Shown here one piece after another: positions 24,501 to 40,269 of a stretch of 64,000 bases of DNA (positions within the stretch are counted from its first letter, which is position 1; every line of letters begins with the position of its first letter). A program made the position numbers and the translations under genes. This DNA comes from Vicugna vicugna. Taxonomy: Eukaryota. The stretch spans positions 3,581,239-3,645,238 of the forward strand of contig MU058384.1 in assembly GCA_013265495.1 (NCBI GenBank), written 5' to 3'. Under the pieces are notes generated by a model. It made no database searches. It was not told the origin of the DNA and saw nothing but the letters and a program-made list of their open reading frames with translations.

Positions 24501-27500
24501 AAGAAATGTAGATGGTAACATGAAGGATGAAGTCCAAAAGAGAGATTTGACCAAAGTTATTTGCACTGTATTTATTTCCTGCCCTTTAATGGCTGCAAAG
24601 GCTGAAAGTTACACAAGGGAACTCATAGTCTTGGTCAACCTAATTACTTGGCTGTCACTATAGAATACAAGAACTGCTTAGATTAATCGGAACATATTAA
24701 CTCCTTATCATTCATTAACAATATCTTAGATCAGAATTGAAGCTAGAGAAAGCATTAGAGACCTTTTAGTCAAACTTTCTTAATACCAGACTCTTCAAGA
24801 TTTGGTTGCTACCCACTTTTTTGTTTCTCATTGCACGAAGCTCACACACTCAAATTCGGGGATCTTGTTCGTGCCTCTGTGCTCTTGTTTCTGTCGCTGA
24901 TACCCTCCTCTGAACAACCTCTCTCTCCCTCCCCTTGCCTCTGTCCCTCACCTGTTCTGCCTGGAGAGGATACCTCTCTTTGGAAGAATCCTTTTAAGCA
25001 GCACCTCCTCTATGAAGTCACGCACAGTGCTGTCATACTCGGCTGTACTTATTTATTGACGTGCATGTCTTCTGCTCTTTGAGGGCGTGGACCATGTCTT
25101 GCTACAACATAACAATGACTCAATAAAGATTAGCTCAAAGAATGTATTTTACAGATTAAGATCACAGAGAATATCTTTTTCTCATGTTCACGCTAAAGCA
25201 GCAGAGCTGGAACCGGAAGGTCAATCTGTTGAGTCTGTCCACTCAACATCAAAGGCCAATTGCATTCACTATCTGCCTAATCCTGCAGTTGTAAATTTTT
25301 ATATCATGAGACACAAAGATCATTATAAGAATTTACCCGTCTCATCTATGTATGTTTTTTTCCAAGTGCTGGGCCTTGTCTGCATGTTAAGTGTCAACTA
25401 TTATGGAAAAGAGAATCAGAGAAATGACACTTAGGCTTCTAATATAAGGGAACCGTAAATTATGTTTCTGAATCCTTATTAGCACTCTTCAATCCAGCTT
25501 CTCATTTACGCAGAACTTGCGATAACTAACAAATGTCAAGGCACTGAATCAGCAAATGTTCATAACTTTATACTAAATTAGTCGGTAATATGAGAAAGAA
25601 TTGAAACTGCAATAATACAGAATTATGAATAGATGTTTCAAATTAATGCAAACGCTATTTCTCTACTAACTAATTAAATCCCATCTAGTGCTGTAAGTTT
25701 AAAAAACCTTACAATTAAAAAAATAATAATGAGGGAAGAAAAAAAGCACTTTACTAAACTAATAAAGAGGCTCCAGATTCTTTAAGGTAGGCACTGTAGA
25801 GACTTCTCAGTAAAGGAAACATGACTGTGTGGTCCCCAGGGGGCCAGGGTTGAGGTGGGGGTGGCTCTCATTAATTATCATCACTACCCCAGTGGCCTTG
25901 GAGATACTACTTCCTACTTAGTTCTATGACTGAGGAAAACACGAGCCTATTTTTTTAAATGACCTATCTGAGGCCACCTATCTGAGGCCAGCCTGAAAGA
26001 CATTGAAAAAAAAAGAAAGACTTTGCTAAAAAGAAGGGTTAACAAAAGAACCAAAAAATACGTAAGTAAAGCAAATGATATAAAAATAAATAATCTGCAT
26101 TACAGGATGAGATCCACTCATTCTTTAGCTTGTCAAACACAGCAAGGAATCTCCCCAGCTCCCATCCTGCTTCTTCATGACAAAGCCATTTTTCCCTCCC
26201 ATTCCCAGGAATGCATTCCTGGCCATGAAGACTCCTTCTAGGCCAGACTCAGGATAGAGAATGAGAAGATGAGAACAGGGTATCTCCTTTCTCATTTACT
26301 GAAGATCCTCCTTCTCCATTTCAGTCTCCAAGATGAGGACTCACTACTTTGCCCATCACTTTGCTGTCAGGAAAAACTGAAAGACTGCAATCAGCAAAAC
26401 ACTGATAGGTGTTCTTTCAGTGGAATGCTGGCATTGTCCTAAGGCCCCACCGGGTTACCTGATTCTATAGGGGTCTATGCCTTCCACTGTCTTTGACTGG
26501 ATTATTTTACAACTCTGAAGTTATAGAAAACTGATAGTAATCAAATGATTCTCATCCATTAAAGTTGCAAGTGAAGGTCGTCCGGTGAAGATGCAGCTGA
26601 TGCCTCGTCCTGTCCCCTAAGAGGTGATTCTAATCATTAAAAGTTATTGCCCTGTGGATATTGACCAGTTCTCACCTATTAGTAAATTCATTTCCATATT
26701 CAGCGATTGCCTATATGTGTCTGTTCTTTGGTTCATTTGAGCTAGTTGTAAAATCTTTCATGAGTTATGTAAAATTTTTGACACATGTTCATGTTATATT
26801 TGTACGAGAGCCATGATTGCTGTTTTGAAAATCATCCTTTAACATGGCCACAGAAAAGCCATTTCATTTACAGAACAAACATGAAATAGGGAGAAGGGGC
26901 CAATAACTATACTAGAAAAAGAGGCTAAGAATAATTGCTAAAATTGGGTATGAATTGAGCTCTATCTACACCTTCTGGCAGCAAAGGTAGAAAAGGCAAA
27001 CAATAATATAAGACATGCAAATATCATGATAAATTTACCAGCTCATCAAGAGAGAAAAGGTTTTTCCTGGCACCTGACTATTAGAGAAATATATAGTATA
27101 GCACCATTACAAAAATCATTCAATGCCAAAAGAGTGGGTTTACAAGAGATATTAAAGTCATTTTTCATATGGCTGTTCCTTTTTTTAAATAAACATCTCA
27201 ATCTCAAATAAGTCAAAAGCATACTATTAAACTGTAGTTTCCTGGTGGCATTTCTATGGGGCAGTGGTTCTCAAGCTTTGACGTGCATTAGAATCACATG
27301 GACGGCTTGTTAAGACACAGATGACTGGTCCCCATCCTCACAGCACTGGTTCTCAAGGTGTGGTCCTGGGAGCAGTTTCATTGGTAGTTTCACCTAGGGC
27401 TGATCTATAGCCTGGGGTCTTTAAACCACAATCTACAGATGGGCTTCAGAAAGTCCATAAATGCAACATTTTGTGTGTATATACATTTCGGGGGAAGGGA

Positions 27501-27538
27501 AGTATTCTAGGCAGTCGATAAATAAGAATAAATGAAGA

Positions 27539-27884
27539 CCAGAGAAAGACAAATACCATATGGTATCATTTATATGTGGAATCTAAAGAATACTATAAAT
27601 GGATGTACATGCAAAATAGAAACAGACTCACAGATATAGAAAACAAATGTTACCAAAGAGGAGGGGAAGTGGGGGAGAGACAAATTTGGGGTGTGGAATT
27701 AATAGATACAAACTACTATATATATGATAGATAAGCAAGGATACACTGTATAGCACAAGGAATTTACTCATTATCTTGTAATAACCTATAATGGAATATA
27801 ATCTGCAAAAATACTGAACCACTATGCTATACACCTGAAACTAACACAATAGTCTAAATCAACTATATACTTCAACAACAAAAA
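27539..27884 (+). mobile_element. 5'-truncated L1 3' end with perfect 15-bp TSD
   Basis: L1 3' UTR motifs (gacaaataccatatg, ctgtatagcacaagg, tacacctgaaactaacacaat); TSD aagaataaatgaaga at 27524-27538 and 27885-27899. Confidence 0.9.
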
Positions 27885-30800
27885 AAGAATAAATGAAGAA
27901 CTAAGAGCTTTAGCTTTAAGGCAACTAAATTTCATTTTAAGTCCTCTGATGAAATTCTTAATCTTTTGAGACAGGCTTTTTCCTGACTCCTGTCTGACTC
28001 TTGTCTAAGGTTTCTTGAAGGCTAGCTGCCAAGGCCTATCTTGTTTGACCCTCTCCCCTTATGGTGAGTGTGCATGTGGACACCACAGGGCAGGAGCCTC
28101 CAGGTCCTACATCTTCTGTCCAAGGATATTTAAGTGGAAAATTTATTTCTTATCCTGCAAGCCCCCATTTGTAGTACATTTCACCCCTTTGTCCTCTAAA
28201 TTTTCTTTAATCTGAGATCAAAGCGTAAACTTTATTAAATCAAAATGAAAATTATCAACATTACAGAAAAAATGGTTTGCCAAAATGTTTTATATTTCTT
28301 TGCTTAATGTAAAATTTGAAGAGAGGATCAATCTTTTCCATTGTTATTTTTAAAAGCTGCTATCTTCTAGGATAGTGAAAAATACCTAATAGGGTAAGAT
28401 TCCATATAACTTCTGTTTTTAGTTATTTCAATTTCACTTTTAATAGCACAATATTTCTAAGTTTTAAGAATTAGCACACTAATTAGAAATATGAATTTCT
28501 TGCTATTGCCCTAATGCTTCAGTTTCTTTAAAACATCTAATGAAGCATTCCTGAAAAATTGAATAGAAATTTATTATCTGTCAATATAGCCTATTAATTT
28601 CTGAATACAGCTATAACACATACATCATGACATCATCATATATGGAATGCTTGAGGGCAGCTGTATTAAACAAATATTTTACCATTTCCTATGTGCAAAG
28701 TATGGGGCTAGAGTCTACAGCAGACCCAAGGATATTTAAGAAACATCTAGTCAATAAGGAGTTTATAATAAAAATTAATCATTGGTGGCTCAAATAAGAC
28801 TTGATCCTTAATAATAATGATCCTATAAATGCAAATTTTGGAAAAGGAAACATTATAATGAAAATACCAGACTTTCAATACATGTATAGTTTAGAAAATG
28901 AATTTATATTCCTTAATTTTATCAATTTTCTCCATTGTATTAAAATGTTTACGTATGCCACCAATAAGGTAATTTACTTCAAATGATTTAATATGGCTGT
29001 TAATATAACAAGAATTGCTATGGACCCATTAAGAGATTTACTTTATTGACAAGTTTTCCATATTTCCTATTTATCATTATACTCCGTTCTCTCAATTTTA
29101 TGGACAATTGCTTTTGCTCTTTGGAAACTTGTTCACTCCACTATAATTATCTTTATGATATATGACCTCTTTGGCAAAAATGTACCAGAGAAATAGACTG
29201 AAGAATGTAGAGAGAATGAAAGAAATCACTAAGTCAACTCTATTTTGAAAAAGCAGCCTATTTATTATGTTGCAGTGTATTAAAATTATGGGCTAAAGAA
29301 AACACATCTTATTTACTCAACCAGCTTCCCAAAGGAAGAAACTACAGAGAAGAACCTGGTTTATTATGTTAATCACTATGGAGTTTAAGTAGAAATAAGG
29401 AAACTGTTGACTAATATACTAAAAAAAAAAGTCCTTTCATTCATTCCTGCCCTCATTCATTCACTCAACATTCACTTAGTATATATATGTACTGAGTAGT
29501 TTCCATTAATTCACTATCTAACTCCTGGCACATGGTTGGCACTCAAATATTTACTGAAGCAGGAAAAAAAGGGGGTTGAGGGGAAGGAGAGAAGGAAGAT
29601 AAGACGTTGTCCTGGACTTGGAAAGGCAGAAATACTCTGCATAAGCAGAAGTGGAGGAGAGCAAAGGAAACAGCGGCAAATGATGACAAATAATAAAATG
29701 TAATTGGTATGTAATAGCAAGATTACCTAGGACAGTGAGAAATAAAATTAGAAAACAACACAGATTATATTGAATCTTGGTAGCAAGATTAACAGTTCAG
29801 ACTCCACCCTGGAGGTAATGAGCTGCTTCTTGAAAGGTTTCTGACATGACATGATGAAGATGACAATGTAACTGTGCTGACTTGCAAATTAAAACTTGTA
29901 TATATATAACTAGTATGGCAGAAAGTTAATGGTCAGAGTAGTCAAAGGGCAATCACAGGAGTGGCTGACCATGTGTTACAAAATGAAGAAGACTTGTTAG
30001 GAGGCAAATGTAATATTCTTATTAGATTGGAAAGGCCTAAAAAAATGGCAGCCATAAGGGAAAAAAAATGTATTCTGTTACAAGAACATGGTATGTCTGT
30101 TCATTTATTCCAGTCTTTTTCTTAAAGGTCTCTTAGTAAAGGTATATAATTTTCTTCATCTAGAGTCTTGCACATTTTCAAATTTTTATTCTTTTATGTT
30201 CCACACATACACACAGTTGTTGTCATGTAAAAATAATTTTTTCCATTTTATTTTCTAACTGTTGATTACTGGTATCTACACAGTATTCATTTTTGCATAT
30301 TTTTACCAATCTTATTTTTAGTAGGTTTGAAGTGAATGCTTTTGGATTATAACATTTAACAACTGTATGAAGTACAGATAAAGATAAAATTTTCTACCTT
30401 TTAAAAATATTTATATTCCATTTTGTTTTCTCCTATTACTAATTGGCTACAATTTTTAGAACCATGTTGATTAACAGCAGTAATGGTGGTAAATCTTATA
30501 TTATTCCTGCCTTTAATGGGGCCACTGGTATATTTCAGGTCAAGGACTAAGAAAATCAGATTTGCATTATGGAAAGCTCTCCCCATAAGCAGTGCTGAGA
30601 ATCAGTGGAATGATGGAAAGAGAACAGACACCAGTTCAGAGATTACTGTAGTAATCCAAGGCAGAGATACTAATAAATGCTTATCTAAGGCAGTGGAGCT
30701 AGAAGGGCATGGTCCACATTTTAGAGATACTGGTGAGGAAAAATTCATAAACTTGATGTCATTTGAATTTAGGGGTGCCAAGAGAAACAAGAGAACCAGG

Positions 30801-33800
30801 ATGATTTCCCAGTCTTTATTCTGGCTCCATCATGCAATCAATTGGCCAGGTTAAGAATTCTGAAGGAAAAGTACTACAATATCTATTGTGACTACACAGT
30901 AAAGGCAATTGGATAAATGGGTCAAGCATCACTAGCATATAATTAAATGACAGCTTCAAGGTGCATATAAGAGGACTAAGACTTGGATATTGGAGAATAC
31001 CTGCTTTCAGAAGGATGGTAAGGAAGAAACTGGCAAAGGAAATAAAGTTATTTAGCAAAGAGGTAAGGAGCAACTGGTTAGCATGGAGAGCATTAAAGCA
31101 ACAGGAGGGGAAGATTTTTCTCTAAAAAAACCAAAATTATATAGCTCAAAAAAAAGTCTGAGAAAAGGTTAACTTGGTTTTCAGGAGCTTTTACTGGTGA
31201 AATTTTGGGGTTTAACTTCAACTGAATGATGAAAGAGAGACAGATATGGGGGCTTAAAAGAGAGTGTTGACTTTGAGAAACTAAACGCAACAGGTAAACT
31301 ACTAATTCTTGATGTCTAATGATAGAAGAGAAACCAAATTTGCTGATAGGACGGTAAAACAGTGGGGTCAAGTGAGTTTTGAAAATAGAGAAAAGAACTG
31401 ATTGAAGATCTTATGAAAACAAAAACCAAACCAAAATAAACAAACAAACAAACAAAAAACGCCTGTGGATTACTGGGGAAGCAAAGATCTGGATGAAGCC
31501 AGTGAGAAAATTAGGAACTCACTGGAAAGAGGGTGGAGGGTAGAGACAGGACATAAATATTCTGAGATGACAGGGCTGGAAGAAGGTATTCATTCTTGTC
31601 TATTTTTACAATTAAGGAGGAGGTAAGAAAAAATGTCCAGAGTGTTTATGATCCTGTAGAAGGGTGAAGAAAGACATTGTGGAGAATGGTCTAGAAAATC
31701 AAAAAGACTTCAGAGGTAAGTTGAGTAGGACCAAGAGCCTAAACGAAGCTTTTTTTGAAAAAGTAATTTGTCGTGTGTCAGGTCAGTATTTTTGCTTGTT
31801 TTTTAAAGAAGCAATGCTCTATAGTCTAGAGAGAGAAAAATGAGCAAGAGAGTGGCTGACTGATTCAGGAACAGGAGCCCAGAGGCAGCAAAGGCCAAGG
31901 TATCAACAGTTCTGGAAACTCTCACTTCAAGGGCTGTCCATGCAGTGCAGGGGGCAGTGGACACAGGAGACACCAAGATCCTACAGAGCTGGAACTGGGG
32001 AAGGGTTTACAGCTAGGGGAAAAACAAGCACCAGTTATACAATTTTAAACTAAAAATTATGCAATTACAAGAGCATCCAAAAGGAAACAACAGGGACTAA
32101 TGCCTGAGGACACTGGATGCCTCTGGCACATGTTCTTTTCAACTCTAACGCTAGTCTGTGACAGATGCAGAAAATACCACCTCAGATTAAAGGTGAACAG
32201 GATGGATATTCTAACTACCAATAATGCTAGTCATCTTCTAAAATCTGATTTTCTAACCTCATACTGAAAATTCAAAAATTTTATCCACTGTCAACCTTTA
32301 AGCCTGATATCTAAGATTGTGGGAACAGAAATTTGAATCAAAACATGAGCTGAATTTTTTAATGATACTCTATTTTTTGTTGTTGTTTCTTTATTATTTT
32401 ATTTTTTAAAATTGAGATAGAACTGACATATAACATTAGCTTCAAGTATACAATATAATGATTCAATATATATAGAGAGAACTTGTATTGTTTTTACTAA
32501 AATATCAATAAAGCCAAAGATACTTTAAAAAACACACCTACAGATCTAGTTTAAATCAGAACCAAAGCTAAGCATCTTCCACTGAGACAAAATGAAAATA
32601 CACAAAATTTCTTCCACCCTATTTTAAGGAAAAATCTTCATAGTATCTACATGTTCCTATCATGAATAGAAAATTCATTCATTAAAGATTATGTTTACCA
32701 AGTATTTGGGAGTCCCAGAAGGTAAATTCATATATGTGGTATAACCACAACTGTGAAAAATATGTACACAAAATGACTGGAACAGTAGTTACCTGGGAAA
32801 GAGAGAGGGATAAGACTTGGGAGGAAGCTGGAGTGGGCTTTCTGGGATGCTGGGAGTGTTCTATACTTAACCTAAATGGTGGTTACACAGGTATGGTGTC
32901 ACTTCTTGATAACTTATTGAGTTGTGCACTTAAAATAAGTGCATTTTGCAGTATAGGTGTTACACTTCACATAAAAATTCCTAAAGAAAGGACTGAAAGG
33001 AAATATATTAATATAGTATAACAGAGATTCCTTCTAGAATGGCAAGACTATGGGTAATATTCTTTCTTTTAAATACAATTTCCCAATTTCATCATGGGAA
33101 AAAATGATACATTTATTAAACATACAGAGTGGTATCTTGGAATGAACTAATAATGTCTACTTTAAAAGAGATTTAAAAAAGAAATAACTATCTTCTAAAA
33201 GAAACGTGTAATGATATATAAACCTGCACCCGGCTTATATAATACTAAACTAAGTATCAATGAGCATTTAAAAAGAACAGAGTCGATACTGCAGAGTACA
33301 AAGTCAGGGATTCTAAAAATACATTAATACAGAAAAATCCCAGTTATACAAATGGGTATATTACAGATCTAGAATCAGAAGCCTAAAAGCAGAAGAAAAA
33401 AAAAAAGGTTTCCAATTTAGAAATAACAAGGATAAGAGAGAAAAGTGAAAATGCCAGGACCATACAAGCCATGATCAGATGAAAAAAATTCAAAGCAAAA
33501 TTTTCTGAAGTGAAAGATGACTTCAGCCTGGTTAACAAGAGAGGGCATAGAGCATTTCTCAGCAATTATCCTTAAAGAATGACCTCAGACACTTATTTGT
33601 CAAGTTTTAAACCTTTAAAGACAAGATCTTACATTTTGTCAAAAAGAAAGGAGGTTATAATATAAGAATGTCTTTGGATCTCATTTTTCAGATCTCTAAG
33701 AAGGGAGAAGCTAAAAAGAAAATTATAAATACAAGAAAAATCTCTTTTAAGACAGAGAATATATTAAGACACAGAAGCCCAAAGGTAATATCAACAAAGT

Positions 33801-34018
33801 CCCACAGCTGTTAAGATCATCACAAGAGATGATAAGTTTTTGAAAGCAGATGGAAAGGCACTTTCTAAGAGGTGAGAGAAAGATATTTCCTAAGAAAACA
33901 AACTGAACAAAGAGTAAAATTAAATCAGCATGCAGTTAGTAAACTTGATTACATATTTGTGAGAATGAAGGATAAATATGTCAAAAATAAACTACCAACT
34001 ATACCAACAAAACATTAA

Positions 34019-34484
34019 TGTGGTAGATTTTAAATGGCTACAAATTCTTTGCAGCTACATCCGTCAAGACACGGAATCTCTCGTTCACACTTTGAATCTG
34101 AGCTGACCTTGTGACTTGCTTTGCCACAGAAGGAATGCTGTGTGACTTCGTAGTCCAGTCCCGAAGATACCTGACAGATTTTGCTCTTGTCTTCCTGGAA
34201 ATGTACAACTGCTAAGTGAAGAAGCCTGGACTCATCTGGAGACACGTGGCTCAGAAGACAACCAGTGCTACACCCTACACATGCGCGTGAGGCCACCTAG
34301 CACTGGTTAAGCCAGATGACTGGAGCCACATGAGTGACCCCAGGTGAGACCAACAGAAGAACTGGCCTCAGTTCTTTTGAGCTCAGCCCAAATTGCTGAC
34401 TCACAGAATTGTGAGCAAGAAAACTGGTGTTTAATCCACTAAGTTGTGGGGAAGTTTGGTATATAGCAATAGATAACTGAGACA
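34019..34484 (+). mobile_element. MLT1-type (MLT1G/H-like) solo LTR
   Basis: TGTGGTAGATTTTAAATGGCTACAAATTCTTTG ... GTTTGGTATATAGCAATAGATAACTGAGACA. Confidence 0.8.
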
Positions 34485-34807
34485 AAATAAGTGAGAAAAA
34501 CAAGACTAAGAACTCGATTCTTATTTCCCCTAGAAAGAAGTTTAATGTTACTTGGTAAAACCATACATTAATAATGTAAATAATCCAATATATGACAATG
34601 GCACTCTCCAAGACCTGGGTGAGGGACTGCCACGTGTCGGGGAGGCACATGTGCTGCCTTGGGCCACAGTCTGGGGATCAGAGAGATGGGTTAACAGAAA
34701 TAAAAGGGTCTATCTAGGATTCTTTCTTCAGCACTGCCACGTTTCAGTAGGTACATTACAACTCTTTGTTTGCAATTAGAATAGCAAACAGGTATTATTT
34801 TTTTAAA

Positions 34808-34943
34808 TTATTTTTTATTTTATTTGGGGGGGAGGTAATTAGGTTTATTTATTTATTTATTTTTAATGGAGGTACCGGGAATTGAACCCAGGACCTTGTG
34901 CATGCTAAGCAGGCATTCTACCACTGAGCTGTACCCTCCTCCT
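34808..34943 (-). mobile_element. vic-1-like SINE
   Basis: Reverse complement reads ggagggtacagctcagtggtagaatgcctgcttagcatgcacaaggtcctgggttcaattccc...taaataaataaacctaattacctcccc. Confidence 0.88.
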
Positions 34944-35872
34944 GATTATTTTATTTAAAAAATCATCTATAACAAATGTTTTTCTCAGAAAAGGAGCTAG
35001 TTCATTTAAAGCACATTGTATTAACATGAAAGATAATGCCATTGCAATTTCAGTTTTCTTCTTAGAAGCTATTAAGTCATTTTCAAACAACTATTCTGTT
35101 AATGAGAATATTCTAATGTCTGAGAGTATTTTAAACTTAGAATTATGTCTTAAATTCTTAAAATAAAAAGAAACCTGTGTATTCATTTAAATTTAAGAGC
35201 ACAGTAATGAAATGGAATTTGCTTTTTGTCTAACTTCTAAAATGTATCATAAATGCATAACTTCTTAGTCATACTGTAGAATTTCCACATTATTCTGTTT
35301 CATTCATATGTTAGTGTCTTCACATAGTCTGTATTGCAAAGTGTCTAAGCACTCAACAGTCTAGTGTTTCTGAGCTGAGTTTACAATTTCCAAAACTAAA
35401 ATCACTTTTTTAAAAAATCTGAAGAATATTTAAAATCCAAAATATTGACTCTGAAGTCCTCAAGAGAATAAAAGGGGTAAAATAGGAAGTTTTTAAATTA
35501 AAGCAGGAGCCACTCTCCTCTGCTTTGTTCCCCATGTGAAGCCTCTCTTGCAACACAGGGTAACTGTCCTGAGGGGAAAATGACCTGCAGTCACCCCAAC
35601 TGCTTAGTGGGGCAGCTGAAACCAGGACCACACATTCTTGACTCCCATCAACCACTGGGGACAATCCTCCCCTATTCCATTCTTCTCCTGTTACCCTTTC
35701 CATTGGCAGAGATCTACATGTTAGGCACAATACTTTGGGGGAAGTTTCCTTTTCCTCTCAGAAAAGCCAGTCTCTCAAGAGGAGAGAGGAACGTCAAATT
35801 TCTGGTTATCTCTTCTTCCCTAGTATTTCAAATGCTCAAGGTTATTAAGTAAATGTACTCTGCCCTGCCCTA

Positions 35873-36127
<255 letters not shown>

Positions 36128-38005
36128 CTAAGAAAAAAGAAATATTTAACACAGCAAGGATTCTATCAAAGCAGGTTCAATTCATAAATGCAGAGCCCCA
36201 CTACTAATCTACATTAAAAATTTAATAAAGAAAAAATATGCTCTATTCTATTGTGCACAAAAAAACAAAAACAAAATGGAAATATTAAACAGTCTGCCCT
36301 TATAGAAGTTTATCAAATTCCCATTAGTATACTTTGTAGGATGGAAGCATAACAAATTATAGTTAATTGTTGCTTTTTTAAAATATTGTACAAGGACATT
36401 TGAGATGAGAGACGCTAGGCTTCTGTAGTAATTTCTAAAAGCATTCATGGCTGTAAAATAAGGATACTGGATTACATGAACTCTAACACTTCGTGTTTTA
36501 AAACACTACTTCATTTCTCAACAACTGACATGAAAAGATCGTAGGTTTAATTTTCATTTCAACAGCAATTCTAAGTCTTTAAAAAGAATCCATTCTCTTA
36601 TGAAAACCTCTAATTCTGAACTACCTTTTTTTTTTGAGGCACAGCCTTTCTTACAGATTCCACATCAATGTAATTTCTAGAGTCAAATAAAACTGAAATA
36701 TGTTTTCCTGAGCCAGTATTAAGTATTCTATTTATCCTCGATAGACTGGGAGTGGTAATATTTACCATGATATACCTCTGATTTCTACTGTACAGAGAAG
36801 AATTTGGCTCTATTTTCAAAGCACAAAATAGTACTTTATTTTTAAAGCTTTATTTGCTGATCATCTTTACTACTTGACTCTAAACACATTACAAAAATAG
36901 CACATTCAGAATCATAGAGTCATACCCAATTCAGTCTCCCTAATGATCCACAACATGGAACACACCAAAGGTTTAGCAGATCTCTTTGAAAGAGTAAATA
37001 CACAGAACCAACAGTCAGTTTGTTTAACCTGGTGCTATCATTTCCCTAATAAATACAGAGTTGGTCTTATTGAGTTTAAAAAGGACTGTTGCTATGGATA
37101 AACCACTGTGTGGGTACCAGAGAGGCAATGAATAAATAGCGCATTTATCAGATTACTGAAATCTACACAATGTTTAAGGAGAATGATTTTACTTTTGAAA
37201 ATTTGTTTGTCCAAACAAATGAGGGAACAAGCTGCAGTCTTTCTCAGAAATTATAATAGTGGTCTCCGCTGTCTTTGCATTTGTTCCTCTGGATCTAGAG
37301 ACAGAAATTGTACTGAAATCTAATTCTCCAGATGCTGATAATGTTTATATAAGCAAAAGCAAATATGTAATTGTGTAATTTCATTTCTGAAACATAGCTA
37401 TTCACTGATTTGCATTATTTGAAACAATAATCAAATGATTTTGTATATACTTGGCTATGTTCCAAAAAATATTCAAAATAGTTTTTAAAATGTGCATTTT
37501 ATAGGGTAAAAAAATAAGTTAAAGGGAAAGTAAGGGTAGGAAAATAAATTCAAACCTGCAATGAGATTGGTAAACAAAAATACATTCATGAAATTATATA
37601 CACTTGACAAGCTGGAATTTGAGATGCTAAGCTTTCCAGCAGCCAAAGGAGAAAGGGAGAAATAATCAGGCCCTGAATTCATAGTGTCTACAACCAAACT
37701 GCTCTTGGAAATCTCAGAAGGAAATTCACCCTTGGGAGTTGACAGAGGAGAAACCCTATGCTTAGGTAGTAAAGAGCACCCTCAACATCTCTTTTTAAGG
37801 AAACCCAGAAATGGTGTTTCCTGGGCTGCTGCTCATGGCAATCACCCCAAAGGGCAGTTTAGTAGAATCATTCCACGGGAAGGTCAATTAAACCCAGGTA
37901 TCAGCTCTCTGACTTCATTTGGGATTTAGATTTTATTTCAGTTGAATGGATTTAAAAACTCTTTAGACAAACCATAAAAATTGATTTCTTTCAGTAGAAC
38001 TTTTT

Positions 38006-38157
38006 TTGTATCCCAATTTTTAAAAATTTTTTAAGTTTTTTGGTTTTGGGAGGGAGTGATAAGGTTTATTTATTTTTAGAGGAGGCACTGGGGATTGAAC
38101 CCAGGACCTCACGCATGTTAAACATGTGTGCTACCACTTGAGCTATACCCTCCTCCT
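38006..38157 (-). mobile_element. vic-1-like SINE with 13-bp TSD
   Basis: Reverse complement reads ggagggtatagctcaagtggtag...gtcctgggttcaatcccc; TSD agtagaacttttt at 37993-38005 and 38158-38170. Confidence 0.88.
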
Positions 38158-40269
38158 AGTAGAACTTTTTAAAGATAATAAAAAGCAACAAGGATTCATT
38201 TATACCCTCCTGACAAGTTCCTCGGAAGCAGTTTTTATTGTTATTTTGTTGTTTTAAGCTGGTCAAAGGATAAGGCTACACTGAAGACAAGATATGCGGC
38301 AGGGCTTATGAAAATTAGGATACCCATTAAGGACACGGGTGTGAAACCATCCAACTTTAGCTTGAACAAGTGTGATAAGTCACACATGCAGGAGAGCTGA
38401 AATTCTCCCAAAAAGGTCAATTTGAATTTGTTTTAATACATAGCTTTATGGGCAATCAAGGCCCCATCCAGGTCCACACCACAGATTCACACACATCCTC
38501 ATTTTAACCTACGAAAAACTATCACATATTCATCTGCATTTTGCAAAAAACTCACCAAACAAAATGCATGCTAAAACTCTCAGGTTAATGTTTGGTGATG
38601 GGAGGGCTGATCTATTGAATGACATAAAAGTGCCATTGGCTGTTACACCATTTCACAGCTCTGACAGAAATTACATAATACACAAACCATGTATTACTGC
38701 AAAAATGATGAGGTTCGTTCCCAACAGAATGGCTAACTAGGTGCCTAGACCAACACTTACTGAAAAAAACCCAAATCCTACATAATAAAGAAAAATAAAT
38801 TAACACTACAAAAACTTCATAGAAGTGTCAGTAAGGAACACATAAGTAAAAACTGCGCGAACATAGAGATTCAGAGCAGGACACAGAACAACGAAGCCAG
38901 CTTTTGCTTGAGAGGATCTGCTAAATAGGGAGAATCTGAGCTTCCATTTTCTTAACCTCTAAGAGCTCAGGGGCCAGGAAAATCAGAAAAATTAATATTA
39001 ATAACTTAAATATAATTTTCAGTAAATTAAAATGTCTTATCAAAAATAGCAAGTTGAATATAGTAAATTGCTAAGCTAAATAAGCTGAGAAAACCAAATC
39101 TGAGCAAGTGACTACACACAATAATTTGTTTTTTAATCGCTAATGGCTTTTTTTAATAACAAAAGAAAAGTATCTATTTCTTTCCTCCCTCCCACCATTG
39201 TTAACAGTCCGATGTGTACACGGCCAGAATTTTTCTGTCCATCTCCATTCAAGTTCCAACAGGAAGGGGTGAACTGTAAGGAGGAGGAGAACTTTTCTCC
39301 AGGTTTCTCATGACTGTGATCAAGGGAGTGGGCAAGGTCTCTCCTTGCCATCTCTCTCGGGACTCCAAGGTCCCGTTAAGCCTGTATTTCTGAGAGCCTT
39401 CAAGTGCCTATTGTGCAAGCAAAATGGGCTCTTTTTAACTGAGAGAAGTCAGGCTACATATATCATTCAGTGGTCAAACAAGGCATATTATCTTTAAGTG
39501 GAATGTTTGTTCTGGTCCAGCACATATACTACTTGGTGCCTTTTTGTCTCTTTGCTGATGAAATCACTGACTAAGCTCTCATGGCAAGTAAATATACTGG
39601 ACAGGCCTCCAGTGATTAAAAACATTACAGAACTACAGGAACATTTTTCATTTAAATTGGAGATGGAAAGAGAGAAAAATTAATCACAGTACAATGTTTG
39701 GGTTGAGTTCCTTTTGGCCTTTTGACTCCACAATTCTTGAACACAACAAGTATGCAGCACTGTGTCAAAAAAAAAATCAAAACTATTTCAAAAATTAAGC
39801 TGAAATTACTTTTTACTTTATTAAAATGTAATTTGAAATCTCTAGATTAATGCTTTTGAAATTTAGCCAACAGATGAATTCAGCAGAAGGTTTAAAGTAT
39901 TTTTCAAGATTCTTCCTTTTCCTTTCCTGTTCCCGAGATAGTTATTAATTCTTTGAGTTTTTTCTAACTACAAGAAAAAGATGGGGAGATGTTTTGACAA
40001 CTTTTCAATGCCTTACATTAACTTTAATTAGTTATTAACTAGTAATTAAGTAGTTGTGAGGTTTTTGTTTTTACCTTGCCCATAATTTAATTTTTTTTAG
40101 GGGTCAGAAGGCATTTTAGGTCCTTTATAAGTGACTTGTGGTCATCTTGTGTTTTTAAAATTTTAAGCAAACTGCACCATTATAATTCCCTCTGTTTGCA
40201 CTGTTTGGGTCTAGCAGTCTCTAGAGCAATAAGCAAAAATGTCACCACAGATTTTTTTCTCACTATTTA

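Noticed and set aside
26500..26800. Possible mariner-type remnant (minus-strand TGRPSLAT peptide)
   Set aside because: Only one short motif, with no TIRs or extended similarity that I can support.
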